NCBI GenBank assembly: GCA_018383195.1
Contig: JAGZOP010000001.1
Span: 131,153-195,152, forward strand
Origin: Clostridiaceae bacterium
Lineage (GTDB): Bacteria > Bacillota > Clostridia > Oscillospirales > Butyricicoccaceae
DNA: 64,000 nucleotides
Reading direction: 5' to 3'
Shown one piece after another: positions 1 through 10,084 of this stretch (the stretch's first letter is position 1; each line of letters opens with the position of its first letter). Below the pieces are notes generated by a model that did not search any database, was not told the DNA's origin, and saw only the letters and a list, made by a program, of their open reading frames with translations. Position numbers and translations under genes: made by a program.

Positions 1-1804
1 ACGCGAGGAACTTGCCGAACCGCCCGATCTTGATGACCATGTTTCTGCCGCACTTATCGCAGACGATGTCGGTTTCCTCGTCCTTAATCTTGATGCGCTG
101 CCCCTCCATGTCGATTTCCGCCTGCTCGAGCGCGCTTTCAAAGCCGCCATAGAAGCCGCGCAGCAGGTCAACATAATTTTCCTTGCCCGCTTCGACCAGA
201 TCCAGTTCATTTTCCATATTCGCAGTAAACTCATAGTCCGCAACCGACTGGAATTTATCCACGAGCAGACCGGTCACGCCCTCGCCAAGCGGGGTCGGGC
301 GCAGGCTGCGGCTCTCCTTGGTGACATAATTGCGGGTTTCGATGGTTGAAATGGTCGGCGCATAGGTAGACGGACGACCGATGCCGCGCTCCTCCATGGC
401 GCGCACGAGCGACGCCTCGGTATACCGCGCGGGCGGCTGGGTAAAATGCTGGCTCGGCTCTACCGAAAGCGCGGTGAGCGGGTCGCCCTCTGCAAACGGC
501 GGAAGCGGTTTGCCCGCCTCGCCCGGCTTTTCGTCGTCGGTCGATTCCTCATAGACGGCGGTGAAGCCAGAAAACGCAACGGTATGACCGGATGCGCGGA
601 ACACATAGCCTTCGCTTAAAATATCCGCCGAAATGGTGTCCAAAATCGCGTCCGCCATCTGGCATGCCACAAAACGCAGCCAAATCAGACGATACAGCTT
701 GTACTGGTCCGGGCTGAGGCTCTGCCGAATCTGGTCGGGTTCCAGCGTCACATCGGACGGGCGGATGGCTTCGTGTGCGTCCTGTGCACCGCCCTTGGTC
801 TTGAATACGCGCGGCTTGCCCGGATAATAAGCATCCCCATAGCGGCTCTTGATGAACTGCGCCGCCGCCGCGGTCGCCTCGTCGGACAGGCGCAGCGAGT
901 CGGTACGCATGTAGGTGATCAGACCGGTCAGCCCCATGCCCTCAATCTCGATGCCTTCGTACAGTTCCTGCGCTACACTCATGGTGCGGCGCGGGGTCAT
1001 GTTCAGCTTGCGGGACGCCTCCTGCTGGAGGGTCGAGGTCGTAAACGGTGCGGGCGCGGACTTTTTCTTCTTGCCCTTCTTGACCATGCCGACCGTGAAT
1101 GGCTTGCCGGCAACCGCATCCACAACCTTCTGGGCGCTCTCCTCATTCGGCAGCTCGCGGTTTCCCGCTGCGTCGCTGTAATAGCGCGCGCCAAATTTGC
1201 CGCCCAACGCAGTCTGAAGCTGCACGTCGATCTGCCAATATTCCTCAGGCTGAAATGCGCGGATTTCATTTTCACGATCTACTACCAGACGGGTAGCAAC
1301 CGACTGCACGCGTCCTGCGCTCAGACCGCGCTTGACCTTTTTCCACAGAAACGGTGATAATTTATATCCCACAATGCGGTCCAGAATGCGGCGCGCCTGC
1401 TGCGCATCCACAAGGTCTGCATCAATATCGCGCGGATGCTCGATGCCATACCGCACCGCATTTTTTGTAATCTCGTTAAAAGTGACGCGCTTATAGCCGC
1501 CCTCTTTCAGTTTCAGCAGTTCTTTCAAATGCCACGAAATCGCTTCCCCCTCGCGGTCAGGGTCCGTTGCGAGATACACAAAATCGCTTTCCTTCGCAGC
1601 CTTGCGCAGCTCACTGATGATTTTGTCTTTTCCTTCGATCGGAACGTATTCCGGAGCAAAGTTATTGTCAAAATCAATGCTCATTTTCTTTTTTGGCAGG
1701 TCGCGCAGATGTCCCATTGAAGCCTTGACCACATAATCAGGACCGAGATACTTCCCGATTGTCTTGGCCTTCGCCGGGGACTCCACGATTACCAGTTTTG
1801 ACAT
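1..1804 (-). CDS. topA: DNA topoisomerase I (partial; the C-terminal end runs past the window start)
   Basis: The minus-strand reading frame, translated by hand, begins MSKLVIVESPAKAKTIGKYLGPDYVVKASMGHLRDLPKKK, which is the Toprim N-terminus. At the window edge it reads IKDEETDIVCDKCGRNMVIKIGRFGKFLA, a topo I Zn-ribbon. A GGAGGA ribosome-binding site lies upstream of the ATG at 1804. The gene sits immediately downstream of dprA, as in many Firmicutes. It is absent from the ORF track only because it is truncated by the window. Confidence 0.9.
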   Translation of the reverse strand, partial: MSKLVIVESPAKAKTIGKYLGPDYVVKASMGHLRDLPKKKMSIDFDNNFAPEYVPIEGKDKIISELRKAAKESDFVYLATDPDREGEAISWHLKELLKLKEGGYKRVTFNEITKNAVRYGIEHPRDIDADLVDAQQARRILDRIVGYKLSPFLWKKVKRGLSAGRVQSVATRLVVDRENEIRAFQPEEYWQIDVQLQTALGGKFGARYYSDAAGNRELPNEESAQKVVDAVAGKPFTVGMVKKGKKKKSAPAPFTTSTLQQEASRKLNMTPRRTMSVAQELYEGIEIEGMGLTGLITYMRTDSLRLSDEATAAAAQFIKSRYGDAYYPGKPRVFKTKGGAQDAHEAIRPSDVTLEPDQIRQSLSPDQYKLYRLIWLRFVACQMADAILDTISADILSEGYVFRASGHTVAFSGFTAVYEESTDDEKPGEAGKPLPPFAEGDPLTALSVEPSQHFTQPPARYTEASLVRAMEERGIGRPSTYAPTISTIETRNYVTKESRSLRPTPLGEGVTGLLVDKFQSVADYEFTANMENELDLVEAGKENYVDLLRGFYGGFESALEQAEIDMEGQRIKIKDEETDIVCDKCGRNMVIKIGRFGKFLA

Positions 1805-1858
1805 GTTTGTTCCTCCATTTGGCTCTATTCGAAAACCGGCTTCCACCGGTGCTGTGTG

Positions 1859-3070
1859 CTATCGAATGACAATGCGCCCATTTTCCCGCGCCAGCACGCC
1901 GTCCAATTCCAGCATGGTCAGTGCTGTCATCACGCGCGAAGCGGGCAAATCGGTCACTTCCAGAATGCCTTCCGGCGTATCCGCGCCGTCTGCAACCGCC
2001 TGCACAATCTGCTTCTGCTCGTCAGACAGTTCCGCAGGCACCGGATGCGGTGCGGATACCGTCTGCGCCGCAAGCGGTTCTTCCGTCTTTTTCTGCAAAA
2101 TTTTATCCCACAGGTCGGATGGCTTCTCTTCTTCTCCTGCATCCTCGGGTTCATCCCAAACCGGTTCCGCCATCTGCTGCGGAAAAACGCTCAATTCCCC
2201 AATGATATCCCGCGGTTCGGTGACCAGTGCAGCTTCTCCATCCCGAATCAAACGGTTGCATCCTGCCGAGCCCGGCGCATTGATTGCGCCCGGAACCGCA
2301 AAAACTTCACGACCCTGATCGAGCGCCAGACGCGCCGTAATGAGCGCACCCGAGCGCAGCGGCGCCTCCACAACCAACACGCCGCGAGACAGACCGCTGA
2401 TGATGCGGTTGCGAATCGGAAAACGGAATCCGTCATGCGGCGTTCCGGGTGGGTTCTCGCTGATGACTGCGCCCGAAAGCAGAATATCTCCCATCAGGAA
2501 ATTATGCTCGGGCGGATAGCAGATGTTCAGCCCTCCCGCAAGCACAGCAATGGTTTTGCCGCCGGCTTTAAGCGCGCCGCGTGCAGCTGCACCGTCCGCG
2601 CCAAGCGCCATGCCGGAAACAACCGTACATCCGGCTTTCGCCAGCCCATACCCGAAGTGCTCTGCCGCCATCAGCCCATAGGGTGTTGCCTTTCTGGTGC
2701 CGACAATCCCAATTCCCGACGTCTGTTCCAAATCGGGCAGCTTGCCCTTGACATACAGGACAAGCGGCGGGTCTGGAATACGGCGCAAAATGGATGGGTA
2801 TTCCGCATCGGCAAGCGTCACGATGGAAATGCCCAGCGCTTCGCAGTCATAGGCAATCGCCCGCGCCCGCTCCATGCTCTTGTCGCTGAGCGCATCGACC
2901 TGCCGCTTGGTCAGACCGGTCGATGCAGCCAGTTCCGCGCGGCTCATTGCATAAAGGTGTCCCGGCGTGCCAAAACGGTCAAGCAGCTGATTTTTGACAA
3001 GCGCCGTGAGTTCCTCTTTGGCTGCCAGCCACAGCCAGTATGCCCGCCCGCTCATCGGGTCATCTCCCAA
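1859..3070 (-). CDS. dprA: DNA processing protein DprA/Smf
   Basis: 403 aa. It has the Rossmann core motifs GIVGTRKATPYG and ...VVSGMALGADGAAARGAL. The conserved topA-dprA arrangement supports the call. Confidence 0.9.
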   Translation of the reverse strand: MGDDPMSGRAYWLWLAAKEELTALVKNQLLDRFGTPGHLYAMSRAELAASTGLTKRQVDALSDKSMERARAIAYDCEALGISIVTLADAEYPSILRRIPDPPLVLYVKGKLPDLEQTSGIGIVGTRKATPYGLMAAEHFGYGLAKAGCTVVSGMALGADGAAARGALKAGGKTIAVLAGGLNICYPPEHNFLMGDILLSGAVISENPPGTPHDGFRFPIRNRIISGLSRGVLVVEAPLRSGALITARLALDQGREVFAVPGAINAPGSAGCNRLIRDGEAALVTEPRDIIGELSVFPQQMAEPVWDEPEDAGEEEKPSDLWDKILQKKTEEPLAAQTVSAPHPVPAELSDEQKQIVQAVADGADTPEGILEVTDLPASRVMTALTMLELDGVLARENGRIVIR

Positions 3071-3885
3071 ATCAGGATGGATGCGGCGACGCCTGCGTTG
3101 AGCGATTCGGCACGTCCTGCCATCGGAATCACCATTTTCCGGTCGCAGAGTTCGAGCGCCTGACGGGTGACGCCTCGCCCTTCGCTGCCGATAATCACTG
3201 CCGCGCCATGCAAATCGAGCGTCGTGGACCGAACGCTGTCCGGCTCGAGCGCTGCCGCATAAACAGGCAGACCGCGTGTTTTGAGCGCTGCAATCGCTTC
3301 CGCAAGGGGCATATGATAAACCGGTTGGCGAAATGCGGCGCCCATGGTCGCACGCACAACCTTGGGTGCGGTCGGGTCAGTGCAGCCTTCGCATAGGATT
3401 ACGGCATCCAGGGCAAAGGCATCCGCCGTGCGCAAAATGGTTCCCAGATTGCCCGGGTCCTGCACGCCGTCGAGCAGGACCGCGCCCGAAAGTGCCTCCG
3501 GCAGATCGTCCGCAAACCGTTTTGGCATCGCGCACGAAAAAATCACGCCCTGCGGGGTTTCTACATCGCTGGCAAGCGCGAAAACCTGCGGCTCTGCTTC
3601 AAAAAGCCGCGCACCCTGCGCTTCCGCGCGCGCAATCAGCTCCCCGTTTTGTGTATCTCCTGTGCGCAGCAGAATGCTTTTGACCATAACACCTGAGGAC
3701 AGCGCTTCATAGAGCATTTTTTCGCCCTCGCACACCATCTCACCGGCGCCCTGCCGGTATTTTTTTTCACGCGCCAAACGTGCCAGATGGCGCAGGGTGG
3801 TATTGTGCTTACTCTCAATCCGCGTAATCACGAGCCGTCCCTCATTTCTAAAGTAATATGCCGAAAGCCTGAACGCATGAAGCAT
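3052..3885 (-). CDS. TrmH/SpoU-family RNA 2'-O-methyltransferase
   Basis: 277 aa. It has the SpoU methylase motifs (LDGVQDPGNLGTILRTADAF, IIGSEGRGV, ESLNAGVAASI) and an N-terminal substrate-binding-like segment. Confidence 0.8.
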   Translation of the reverse strand: MLHAFRLSAYYFRNEGRLVITRIESKHNTTLRHLARLAREKKYRQGAGEMVCEGEKMLYEALSSGVMVKSILLRTGDTQNGELIARAEAQGARLFEAEPQVFALASDVETPQGVIFSCAMPKRFADDLPEALSGAVLLDGVQDPGNLGTILRTADAFALDAVILCEGCTDPTAPKVVRATMGAAFRQPVYHMPLAEAIAALKTRGLPVYAAALEPDSVRSTTLDLHGAAVIIGSEGRGVTRQALELCDRKMVIPMAGRAESLNAGVAASILIWEMTR

Positions 3886-4039
3886 TCAGGCTTTGTCTTC
3901 GGAATCAGTCGAACGGCTTCATGGCAGGATTTCATTGTAACACCGGAAAAGTCCCCGTCGTTTCATGAACCCCTATCTTCCCCATAAAACCTTGTTCGCC
4001 GCATAAGTCTACACACCTTAAACTTATTTTAAGCCGCTC

Positions 4040-6001
4040 TTAGTACAGCTTTGCACCTGCCGGAATCGCATCGTCGAGCATCAGCAGGTTGAGTCCTTCC
4101 TGTCCGTCATACTCATGAACCGCAGAAATCAGCATACCTTCGGAATCAATGCCCATCATCTTTCTCGGCGGCAGGTTTGTAATTGCCACACAGGTCTTGC
4201 CGACCAGCGCTTCCGGCTCATAATACTCGTGAATGCCGCTCAAAATGGTACGCTTCCGATCGGTTCCGTCATTCAAGGTAAACTTCAAAAGCTTCTTGGA
4301 CTTCGCCACTGCTTCGCAGGCTTCTACCTTGACTACACGGAAGTCCGACTTTGAAAATGTATCAAAATCCACCATATCCGCAAACAACGGCTCTACCTTG
4401 ACCTTGGAAAGATCAAGCTGTGCACGCGCTTCGGATACTGCTGCCGGAGCAGCGGAAACTGCTTCTGCCTTGCCATCGTTCTTCTTTGCGTCGAGCGGCT
4501 TCATCGTAGGGAACAGCAAGACATCGCGGATGGATGCCGAATCGGTCAGGAACATGACCAGACGGTCGATGCCCATGCCCATGCCGCCCGTAGGAGGCAT
4601 GCCGTACTCCAGTGCGCAGATGAAGTCGGTATCCATCATGTTCGCCTCGTCATCGCCTGCATTGCGCAGCTCAACCTGACGCTCGAAACGCTCGCGCTGA
4701 TCGATCGGGTCGTTCAGCTCGGAGAAGGCATTGCACAGCTCGCGGCCGTATACAAAGCACTCAAAGCGCTCGGTCAGGCGCGGGTCAGATGCCTTGCGCT
4801 TTGCAAGCGGCGAAACTTCAACCGGATAATCGGTGATGAAGGTCGGCTGCATCAGGTTCTCTTCTACAAACTCCTCATAGCAGAATGCAAGCAGGTCGCC
4901 CCAGCTTTCCTTTCCGTTTTCCGGAGTCAGACCCTTTGCTTTGACTGCGGCAAGCGCCTCTTCGCCATTCATATTCATAAAGTCCAGACCGGAATACTCC
5001 TTGACCGCGTCTGCCATGGTGATGCGCTTCCAGCCCTTGGAGAAGTCCAGCTCGGTGCCCTGATAGGTCACCTTGGTGGTGCCGAGCACCTTTTCGCAGA
5101 CATGGATGACCATATCCTCGGTGATGTCCATCATGCCGTTGTAATCGGTATACGCCTGATACAGCTCGATGGTCGTGAACTCCGGGTTGTGGCGGGTGTC
5201 CATACCCTCGTTGCGGAAAATACGTCCAATCTCATAGACCTGCTCCATGCCGCCGACAATCAGGCGCTTGAGGTGCAGTTCGGTCGCGATGCGCATGTAC
5301 ATATCAATGTCGAGCGCATTGTGATGGGTGATAAACGGACGCGCCGCCGCGCCGCCCGCGATGGTGTTGAGGCACGGGGTCTCAACCTCCATAAAGCCGC
5401 GGGAATCCATAAAATTACGGATTTCGCGTACGATTGCCGAACGCTTTTCAAAGGTATCGCGCACTTCGGGATTGATAATCAAATCCACATAGCGCTGACG
5501 ATAGCGCATATCGGTGTCCTTGAGGCCGTGCCACTTTTCAGGCAGCGGAATCAGGTTCTTGGACAGCAGGGTCAGCGACTTGACCATAACCGAGATTTCG
5601 CCCTTCTGGGTGCGGAATACCTCGCCCTCGATGCCCACGATATCACCAATATCCAGCTTCTTAAAGCCCTTATACGCCTCGTCCCCGAGGTTGTCGCGCT
5701 TGACATACATCTGAACGCGCCCATAACGGTCGCTCAAATCCGAAAAAGATGCCTTGCCCATGATGCGCTTGGACATCATGCGGCCTGCCAGACGGACGGT
5801 CTTGCCCTCCATCTCGTCAAAATTGTCCTTGACGTCTGTGGTATAGTGCGTGCGCTCAAAGCGCACCTGCTGGAAAGGATCGCTGCCTGCTGCCTGTAAC
5901 TCCGCCAGCTTCTCGCGGCGGATCTGCAGCAGTTCATTCAACTCAGCCTGCGACTCATCGGCCTGCAGAGCCTTCTGCTCGTTTGCCATGCTATCTTTCA
6001 C
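4040..6001 (-). CDS. lysS: Lysine--tRNA ligase (class II) with a C-terminal tRNA-binding domain of about 150 aa
   Basis: 653 aa. Residues 1 to about 505 are a canonical class II LysRS: an anticodon-binding OB fold followed by the catalytic motifs [23 protein letters not shown] and [15 protein letters not shown]. Residues about 515 to 653 ([17 protein letters not shown]...[21 protein letters not shown]) look like a tRNA_bind / Myf / EMAP-II-type OB domain. Confidence 0.93.
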   Translation of the reverse strand: MKDSMANEQKALQADESQAELNELLQIRREKLAELQAAGSDPFQQVRFERTHYTTDVKDNFDEMEGKTVRLAGRMMSKRIMGKASFSDLSDRYGRVQMYVKRDNLGDEAYKGFKKLDIGDIVGIEGEVFRTQKGEISVMVKSLTLLSKNLIPLPEKWHGLKDTDMRYRQRYVDLIINPEVRDTFEKRSAIVREIRNFMDSRGFMEVETPCLNTIAGGAAARPFITHHNALDIDMYMRIATELHLKRLIVGGMEQVYEIGRIFRNEGMDTRHNPEFTTIELYQAYTDYNGMMDITEDMVIHVCEKVLGTTKVTYQGTELDFSKGWKRITMADAVKEYSGLDFMNMNGEEALAAVKAKGLTPENGKESWGDLLAFCYEEFVEENLMQPTFITDYPVEVSPLAKRKASDPRLTERFECFVYGRELCNAFSELNDPIDQRERFERQVELRNAGDDEANMMDTDFICALEYGMPPTGGMGMGIDRLVMFLTDSASIRDVLLFPTMKPLDAKKNDGKAEAVSAAPAAVSEARAQLDLSKVKVEPLFADMVDFDTFSKSDFRVVKVEACEAVAKSKKLLKFTLNDGTDRKRTILSGIHEYYEPEALVGKTCVAITNLPPRKMMGIDSEGMLISAVHEYDGQEGLNLLMLDDAIPAGAKLY

Positions 6002-6015
6002 CTTTTCTATATATT

Positions 6016-6495
6016 TTACTTCTTCAGATCAATAATCTTATACTTTACGACGCCGACCGGCGCTTCAACCTCAACGATTTCGCCCACCTTGTGACCGAGC
6101 ACCGCCTTGCCGAACGGGGATTCGTCAGAGATCATCCCCTCCATCGGGTTTGCCTCCTGCGAGCCGACAAAATGATATTCTTCCTGATCGCCGAACTCCA
6201 GATCTTCTACCACGAAGCGGCATCCCGGAGAAACCTCATCTGCCGCATAGGTATCGCCGGTAACAACCACTGCATTCTTGATAATCTCTTCCAGCTCTGC
6301 AATGCGGGAGTACAGCTTGCCCTGCTCGTTTTTCGCCTCGTCATACTCAGCGTTCTCCGACAGGTCGCCGAAAGAGCGCGCTTCTTTCAGCTGCTCAGCG
6401 ACTTCGTCGGCGCGGGTAGTTTTCAGAAACTCGAGTTCTTCCTTGTAATTGTCCAGGCTCTGCTGGGACAGTTTGATTTCCTTAGCCATCTGCAA
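6016..6495 (-). CDS. greA: Transcription elongation factor GreA
   Basis: 159 aa. It has an N-terminal coiled coil, the acidic-tip motif [10 protein letters not shown], and a C-terminal FKBP-like domain. Confidence 0.9.
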   Translation of the reverse strand: MQMAKEIKLSQQSLDNYKEELEFLKTTRADEVAEQLKEARSFGDLSENAEYDEAKNEQGKLYSRIAELEEIIKNAVVVTGDTYAADEVSPGCRFVVEDLEFGDQEEYHFVGSQEANPMEGMISDESPFGKAVLGHKVGEIVEVEAPVGVVKYKIIDLKK

Positions 6496-6616
6496 TACCC
6501 TCTTTTATCTTGAAATTATAATTTTAACACCAATGTGATACATTATCTTATTATATGGAGTGCTAAGCGCAATGTCAAGTCGCGTTTTCGGAACTTTTAC
6601 AATTTCGCTGTCCAAA

Positions 6617-7888
6617 TCAGCCGAGTGCGGCAAGCGCAGACTGTAATTGCGTGTCCTCCTGTTCGTCTGCAAAGTACAGATCAAATCCCTCCGGCGCACT
6701 GCTCGGAACATCGGGCTGAATCCCCGTCCCAATCAGGCTTTTCCCGTTTGGCGTAAAATATTCCTGATCGGACAGGTGCAGCGCCGAACCGTCGCTCAGT
6801 TCATAATTCTGCTGAGAATATCCCTTACCGATGGTCTGTTCGCCCACAATAACTGCCTTGCCGTACTCCTGCAAAGCGGCGGCAAAGAATTCTGCCGCGC
6901 TGATCGAATCTGCATTGACGAGCACTGCCATCGGAAGCCCAACCGCATCCTGATCGGACGTATAGACCGTTTCCTTGCCCGCCTTGGTGCGCAGCGTCAT
7001 AATTTTCCCCTCCGGCAGCAGCCGGTCGAGTGCTTTGCACACGCTGTCCACCGAACCGCCCGGATTGTTGCGCACATCGAACACCAAACGCTCCGCGCCC
7101 TGCTCTGTCAGCCGCCGAACCGCCTGCTCAATCTGTGTTTCCGAACCGCGCCGGAAATTATAAATGCGCACAAATCCGGTTTTGCCGTCTGAGAGCATCC
7201 ATCCGCTTGCCATGGTCGCTTCCACCGTTTTGCGCTCCATTTCCACAGTCTCGGTTTCTCCGGTCTGCGCACGCTGAATGGTGATGTGCGCCATAGTTCC
7301 CTCGTCCCCCGAAACCGCTGCAATCGTTTCGCTGTATCCGTCCTTGTCCAAGGTTTTTCCCTCGGCGCCGACGATTAAATCCCCTTTTTTCAGACCGAGC
7401 GTTTCGCCATCTGAACCGGGGAACACCTCCACGATGCGCAGCTTGTTCTCACTTGCATCATATGCGGTATACAAACCAATCCCAAACGACTGTCCGGAAA
7501 AACTCAGCTGATATTCCTCATATTCCTCCGCAGACATATAGCTGCTCCACCGATCGCCAATGCCGACGACAAACCCCGCCGCTGCCAGATCGACCGCGTC
7601 CTGTGCGTCATATTCCCCCACATAATATGCATCCACCGTGCGCCGGATTTCTCCGATCTTCCCATAGATGGCTGCATCGGCTTTATAATCCGGCAGCATT
7701 TTTTCCAAGCGCCGTTCCATTCCAATATAGGAAATGCTGAACGCTGTCACTGCAGTGAGCGCACACAGCGCTGCGGCTGTCCCGCGCGAAACATTGTTTG
7801 ACATAGTTTTCCTCCCTGCATGCGCAAACAATCGGTTTTTTCGTGAAAAAGGCGTGCCGCACGGCACGCCTTTTGAGTTCGGCATCAA
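6617..7888 (-). CDS. Carboxyl-terminal processing (S41) peptidase, membrane-anchored
   Basis: 423 aa. It has an N-terminal TM segment, a PDZ-like region and the S41 core (LVFDVRNNPGGSVDSV ... SAAEFFAAALQEYGKAVIVGEQTIGKG). Confidence 0.85.
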   Translation of the reverse strand: MMPNSKGVPCGTPFSRKNRLFAHAGRKTMSNNVSRGTAAALCALTAVTAFSISYIGMERRLEKMLPDYKADAAIYGKIGEIRRTVDAYYVGEYDAQDAVDLAAAGFVVGIGDRWSSYMSAEEYEEYQLSFSGQSFGIGLYTAYDASENKLRIVEVFPGSDGETLGLKKGDLIVGAEGKTLDKDGYSETIAAVSGDEGTMAHITIQRAQTGETETVEMERKTVEATMASGWMLSDGKTGFVRIYNFRRGSETQIEQAVRRLTEQGAERLVFDVRNNPGGSVDSVCKALDRLLPEGKIMTLRTKAGKETVYTSDQDAVGLPMAVLVNADSISAAEFFAAALQEYGKAVIVGEQTIGKGYSQQNYELSDGSALHLSDQEYFTPNGKSLIGTGIQPDVPSSAPEGFDLYFADEQEDTQLQSALAALG

Positions 7889-9129
7889 TAATAATTCATC
7901 GGGTTCGTGGTCGAGCCGTTCACGTAAACCTCAAAGTGCAGATGGTTGCCGGTCGAAATGCCGGTCGAGCCGACCTTGCCAATCTGCTGCCCTGCGGAAA
8001 CACGCTCGCCCGCAGATACCATGCGGCTGGACATATGTGCATAGCCGGTCATCAAACCGCCGCCATGACTGATGACGATATAGTTGCCATAGGACGACGA
8101 ATAGTAACTCTTGGAAACCGTACCCGAAGCCGCAGCGAGCACAGGGCTGCCGCCCGGTGCGCTGATATCCAGTCCCTTATGGAACTTGCGGGTGCCGTAA
8201 ACCGGATGGGTACGCCAGCCATAGCTGCTGGTATTCGCCGTGCCGGAAGGTGCAGGCCAAACCGACAGGTCACCATTGCCCGTATAGCTTGCACCGCCGC
8301 CCGAGTTTCCGCCGCCGGACTGCTGATTTTTCTTTGCTTCCTCAGCCGCCTTGCGCGCAGCCTCTGCCTCACGGCGGGAAATTTCTTCGATTTCCGCGTT
8401 AATCCGATCTTTTTCCGCGTCAATCGCGTCTTCCTCTTTCTGCTTTGCCGCCTGATCGCTTTCCAGTTTATTGGTCAGTTCCTGAATTTCCTGCTTCTGG
8501 CTGACCAGATCGTCATACTTGGATTCCAATGTGCTCTTATAAGTTTCCTGATCTTCCTTGTCCTGTTCGAGGGCAGCCTTAGCGTCCTCAAGCGTCTGCT
8601 TGGCTTCCTTGTAATCGGAAACGACTTTCTTATCGCCTTCCATGATCTCGCTGACAATTTCCAAACGGGACAGCATCTCGCCGAAGCTGTTGGAGCCTAA
8701 AATGACGTCCAGATAACTGATGTCATTGCCGTTTTCGTACATCACGCGCATACGGGTTTCAAAAATCTCTGTTTTTTCATCCAGTTCTTCCTGCGCGACC
8801 ACGATTTCTTCTTTTTTGGTTTCAATCTCATCGGACAGGCGCACAATGACCGTTTCCGTGGCATTGATATCTTGCTTGGTCAGTTCCATACGGTCTTTGA
8901 GGGCTTCCATCTTTTTCAAATTTCCGCCGATCTGCCCTTCAAGGTCGTCGATTACTTTCTGAATTTCAGCTTTCTGGCTGTCCAGCGAGGAAATCTTTCC
9001 TTTGAGATCTTTTACCGAAGCCGCCTGTGCCGTGCCGATCGCAGAAATCAGGCTGCCGCCTGCAATGGTCACGACCAGAATCACCGCAATCGCCGCAGCA
9101 ATGGCGCGAATTGTCTTTTTACTTAACAT
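7885..9129 (-). CDS. Coiled-coil M23 (LytM/EnvC-like) peptidoglycan endopeptidase
   Basis: 414 aa. It has a signal/TM N-terminus, a long heptad-rich coiled coil, and a C-terminal M23 domain (HKGLDISAPGGSPV...GNHLHFEVYVNG). Its 4-nt overlap with the ctp gene and its position directly after ftsEX match an FtsEX-regulated hydrolase. Confidence 0.85.
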   Translation of the reverse strand: MLSKKTIRAIAAAIAVILVVTIAGGSLISAIGTAQAASVKDLKGKISSLDSQKAEIQKVIDDLEGQIGGNLKKMEALKDRMELTKQDINATETVIVRLSDEIETKKEEIVVAQEELDEKTEIFETRMRVMYENGNDISYLDVILGSNSFGEMLSRLEIVSEIMEGDKKVVSDYKEAKQTLEDAKAALEQDKEDQETYKSTLESKYDDLVSQKQEIQELTNKLESDQAAKQKEEDAIDAEKDRINAEIEEISRREAEAARKAAEEAKKNQQSGGGNSGGGASYTGNGDLSVWPAPSGTANTSSYGWRTHPVYGTRKFHKGLDISAPGGSPVLAAASGTVSKSYYSSSYGNYIVISHGGGLMTGYAHMSSRMVSAGERVSAGQQIGKVGSTGISTGNHLHFEVYVNGSTTNPMNYY

Positions 9130-9145
9130 GCATATCTCCTTTTCC

Positions 9146-10084
9146 TTAGACGTCTAGGAATCGGCGCATGGACAGAACCGAACCGCCCACGCCGATTATG
9201 ACGCCTGCGCCAAGATAAATCGCGACCATAATGACCGCAAAATCCTGAAATTCAGCCATTTGGAACGCGGACAGCGCGCCCGTAACCGTGCTTGCCAGTT
9301 TTTCATAAATGCCCCACTCCGCAAGTGCGGCAAGGATGCCTGCCAGCAGACCGAGCAGCATACCCTCGATGATAAACGGCCAGCGGATGAACCAATTGGT
9401 AGCGCCAACCATTTTTTCAATCGCAATTTCCTCGCGGCGGGCAAACATCGCGAGCTTTACCGTGTTGGAAATGATAAAGATTGAAATTGCGCCCAATGCC
9501 GCAATCAACGCAACAGAAACCACGCGGAATACCTGCCGTGCCTTGACCAGCATTTCCAGTGTATCTTCCCGCACCACGACCTTGGCAATGCCTGCAATCT
9601 TGGCAATCTGCTTTTCGGTCTGCTCTGCCTGCGAGATGTCATTCAGCTTGATGCGGTAACCGTCCCGCATGAAGTTATTGTTCGAATCGTATCCCTCAAG
9701 GATGCCGCCATCCTCACCGAGCTGGTCGCGCAGGTCTTCCAAGGACTCCTCTTTGGACTGGAACTCCGCACTCTTGACGTTGTCGATCTCCTCAAGTTCA
9801 GACTGGAGCGCACGCGCCTCCCCCGAGGTGAACGATTCATCGACAAACAGCATAATCTCGCTGTCTTCCTGCAAATGCCGGATGTTCAAATCAATATTGT
9901 ACGAAATCAGCGTGACACTGCCCGTGATCAGCAGGCATGCCAAAATAATACTGACCGCGGCAAAACTCATAAACCCGTTGAGGAAAATATTATGTACGCC
10001 TTCCGACCAGAAATAACTCAGTCCGGTCTTACTGTTCCGGCGTTTCGGTGTCTTCGTTTGTTTGCTCATGTTCGCCTTCCCCAT
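9146..10084 (-). CDS. ftsX: Cell-division ABC transporter permease-like protein FtsX
   Basis: 312 aa. It has 4 TM segments and a large extracellular loop after TM1, and lies directly downstream of ftsE. The true start may be the MSKQTKTP codon about 15 nt downstream of the ORF-track start. Either start overlaps the ftsE 3' end. Confidence 0.85.
   Translation of the reverse strand: MGKANMSKQTKTPKRRNSKTGLSYFWSEGVHNIFLNGFMSFAAVSIILACLLITGSVTLISYNIDLNIRHLQEDSEIMLFVDESFTSGEARALQSELEEIDNVKSAEFQSKEESLEDLRDQLGEDGGILEGYDSNNNFMRDGYRIKLNDISQAEQTEKQIAKIAGIAKVVVREDTLEMLVKARQVFRVVSVALIAALGAISIFIISNTVKLAMFARREEIAIEKMVGATNWFIRWPFIIEGMLLGLLAGILAALAEWGIYEKLASTVTGALSAFQMAEFQDFAVIMVAIYLGAGVIIGVGGSVLSMRRFLDV

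Noticed and set aside
1856-3163. Long antisense ORFs in the supplied track: 1856..3163 + (435 aa), 5102..5899 +, 14772..16442 + (556 aa), 20131..21153 +, 27101..29143 + (680 aa), 52821..54431 + (536 aa), 55752..57329 + (525 aa), 39847..40650 -, and 59214..60059 -
   Set aside because: Each lies fully opposite a gene that has clear, motif-bearing homology (dprA, lysS, the EF-G-like gene, lysC, ftsH, glgP, the 452-aa gene, spoIIP/gerA, the histidine kinase). Their translations are low-complexity and R/A/G/P-rich, as expected for shadow ORFs in about 60% GC DNA.
3861-3903. A 9-bp hairpin (AAGCCTGAA...TTCAGGCTT) considered as the lysS terminator
   Set aside because: It overlaps the trmH start codon and first codons and is not followed by a U-tract on the transcribed strand. 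It is more likely incidental, or a translational-coupling structure, than a terminator.
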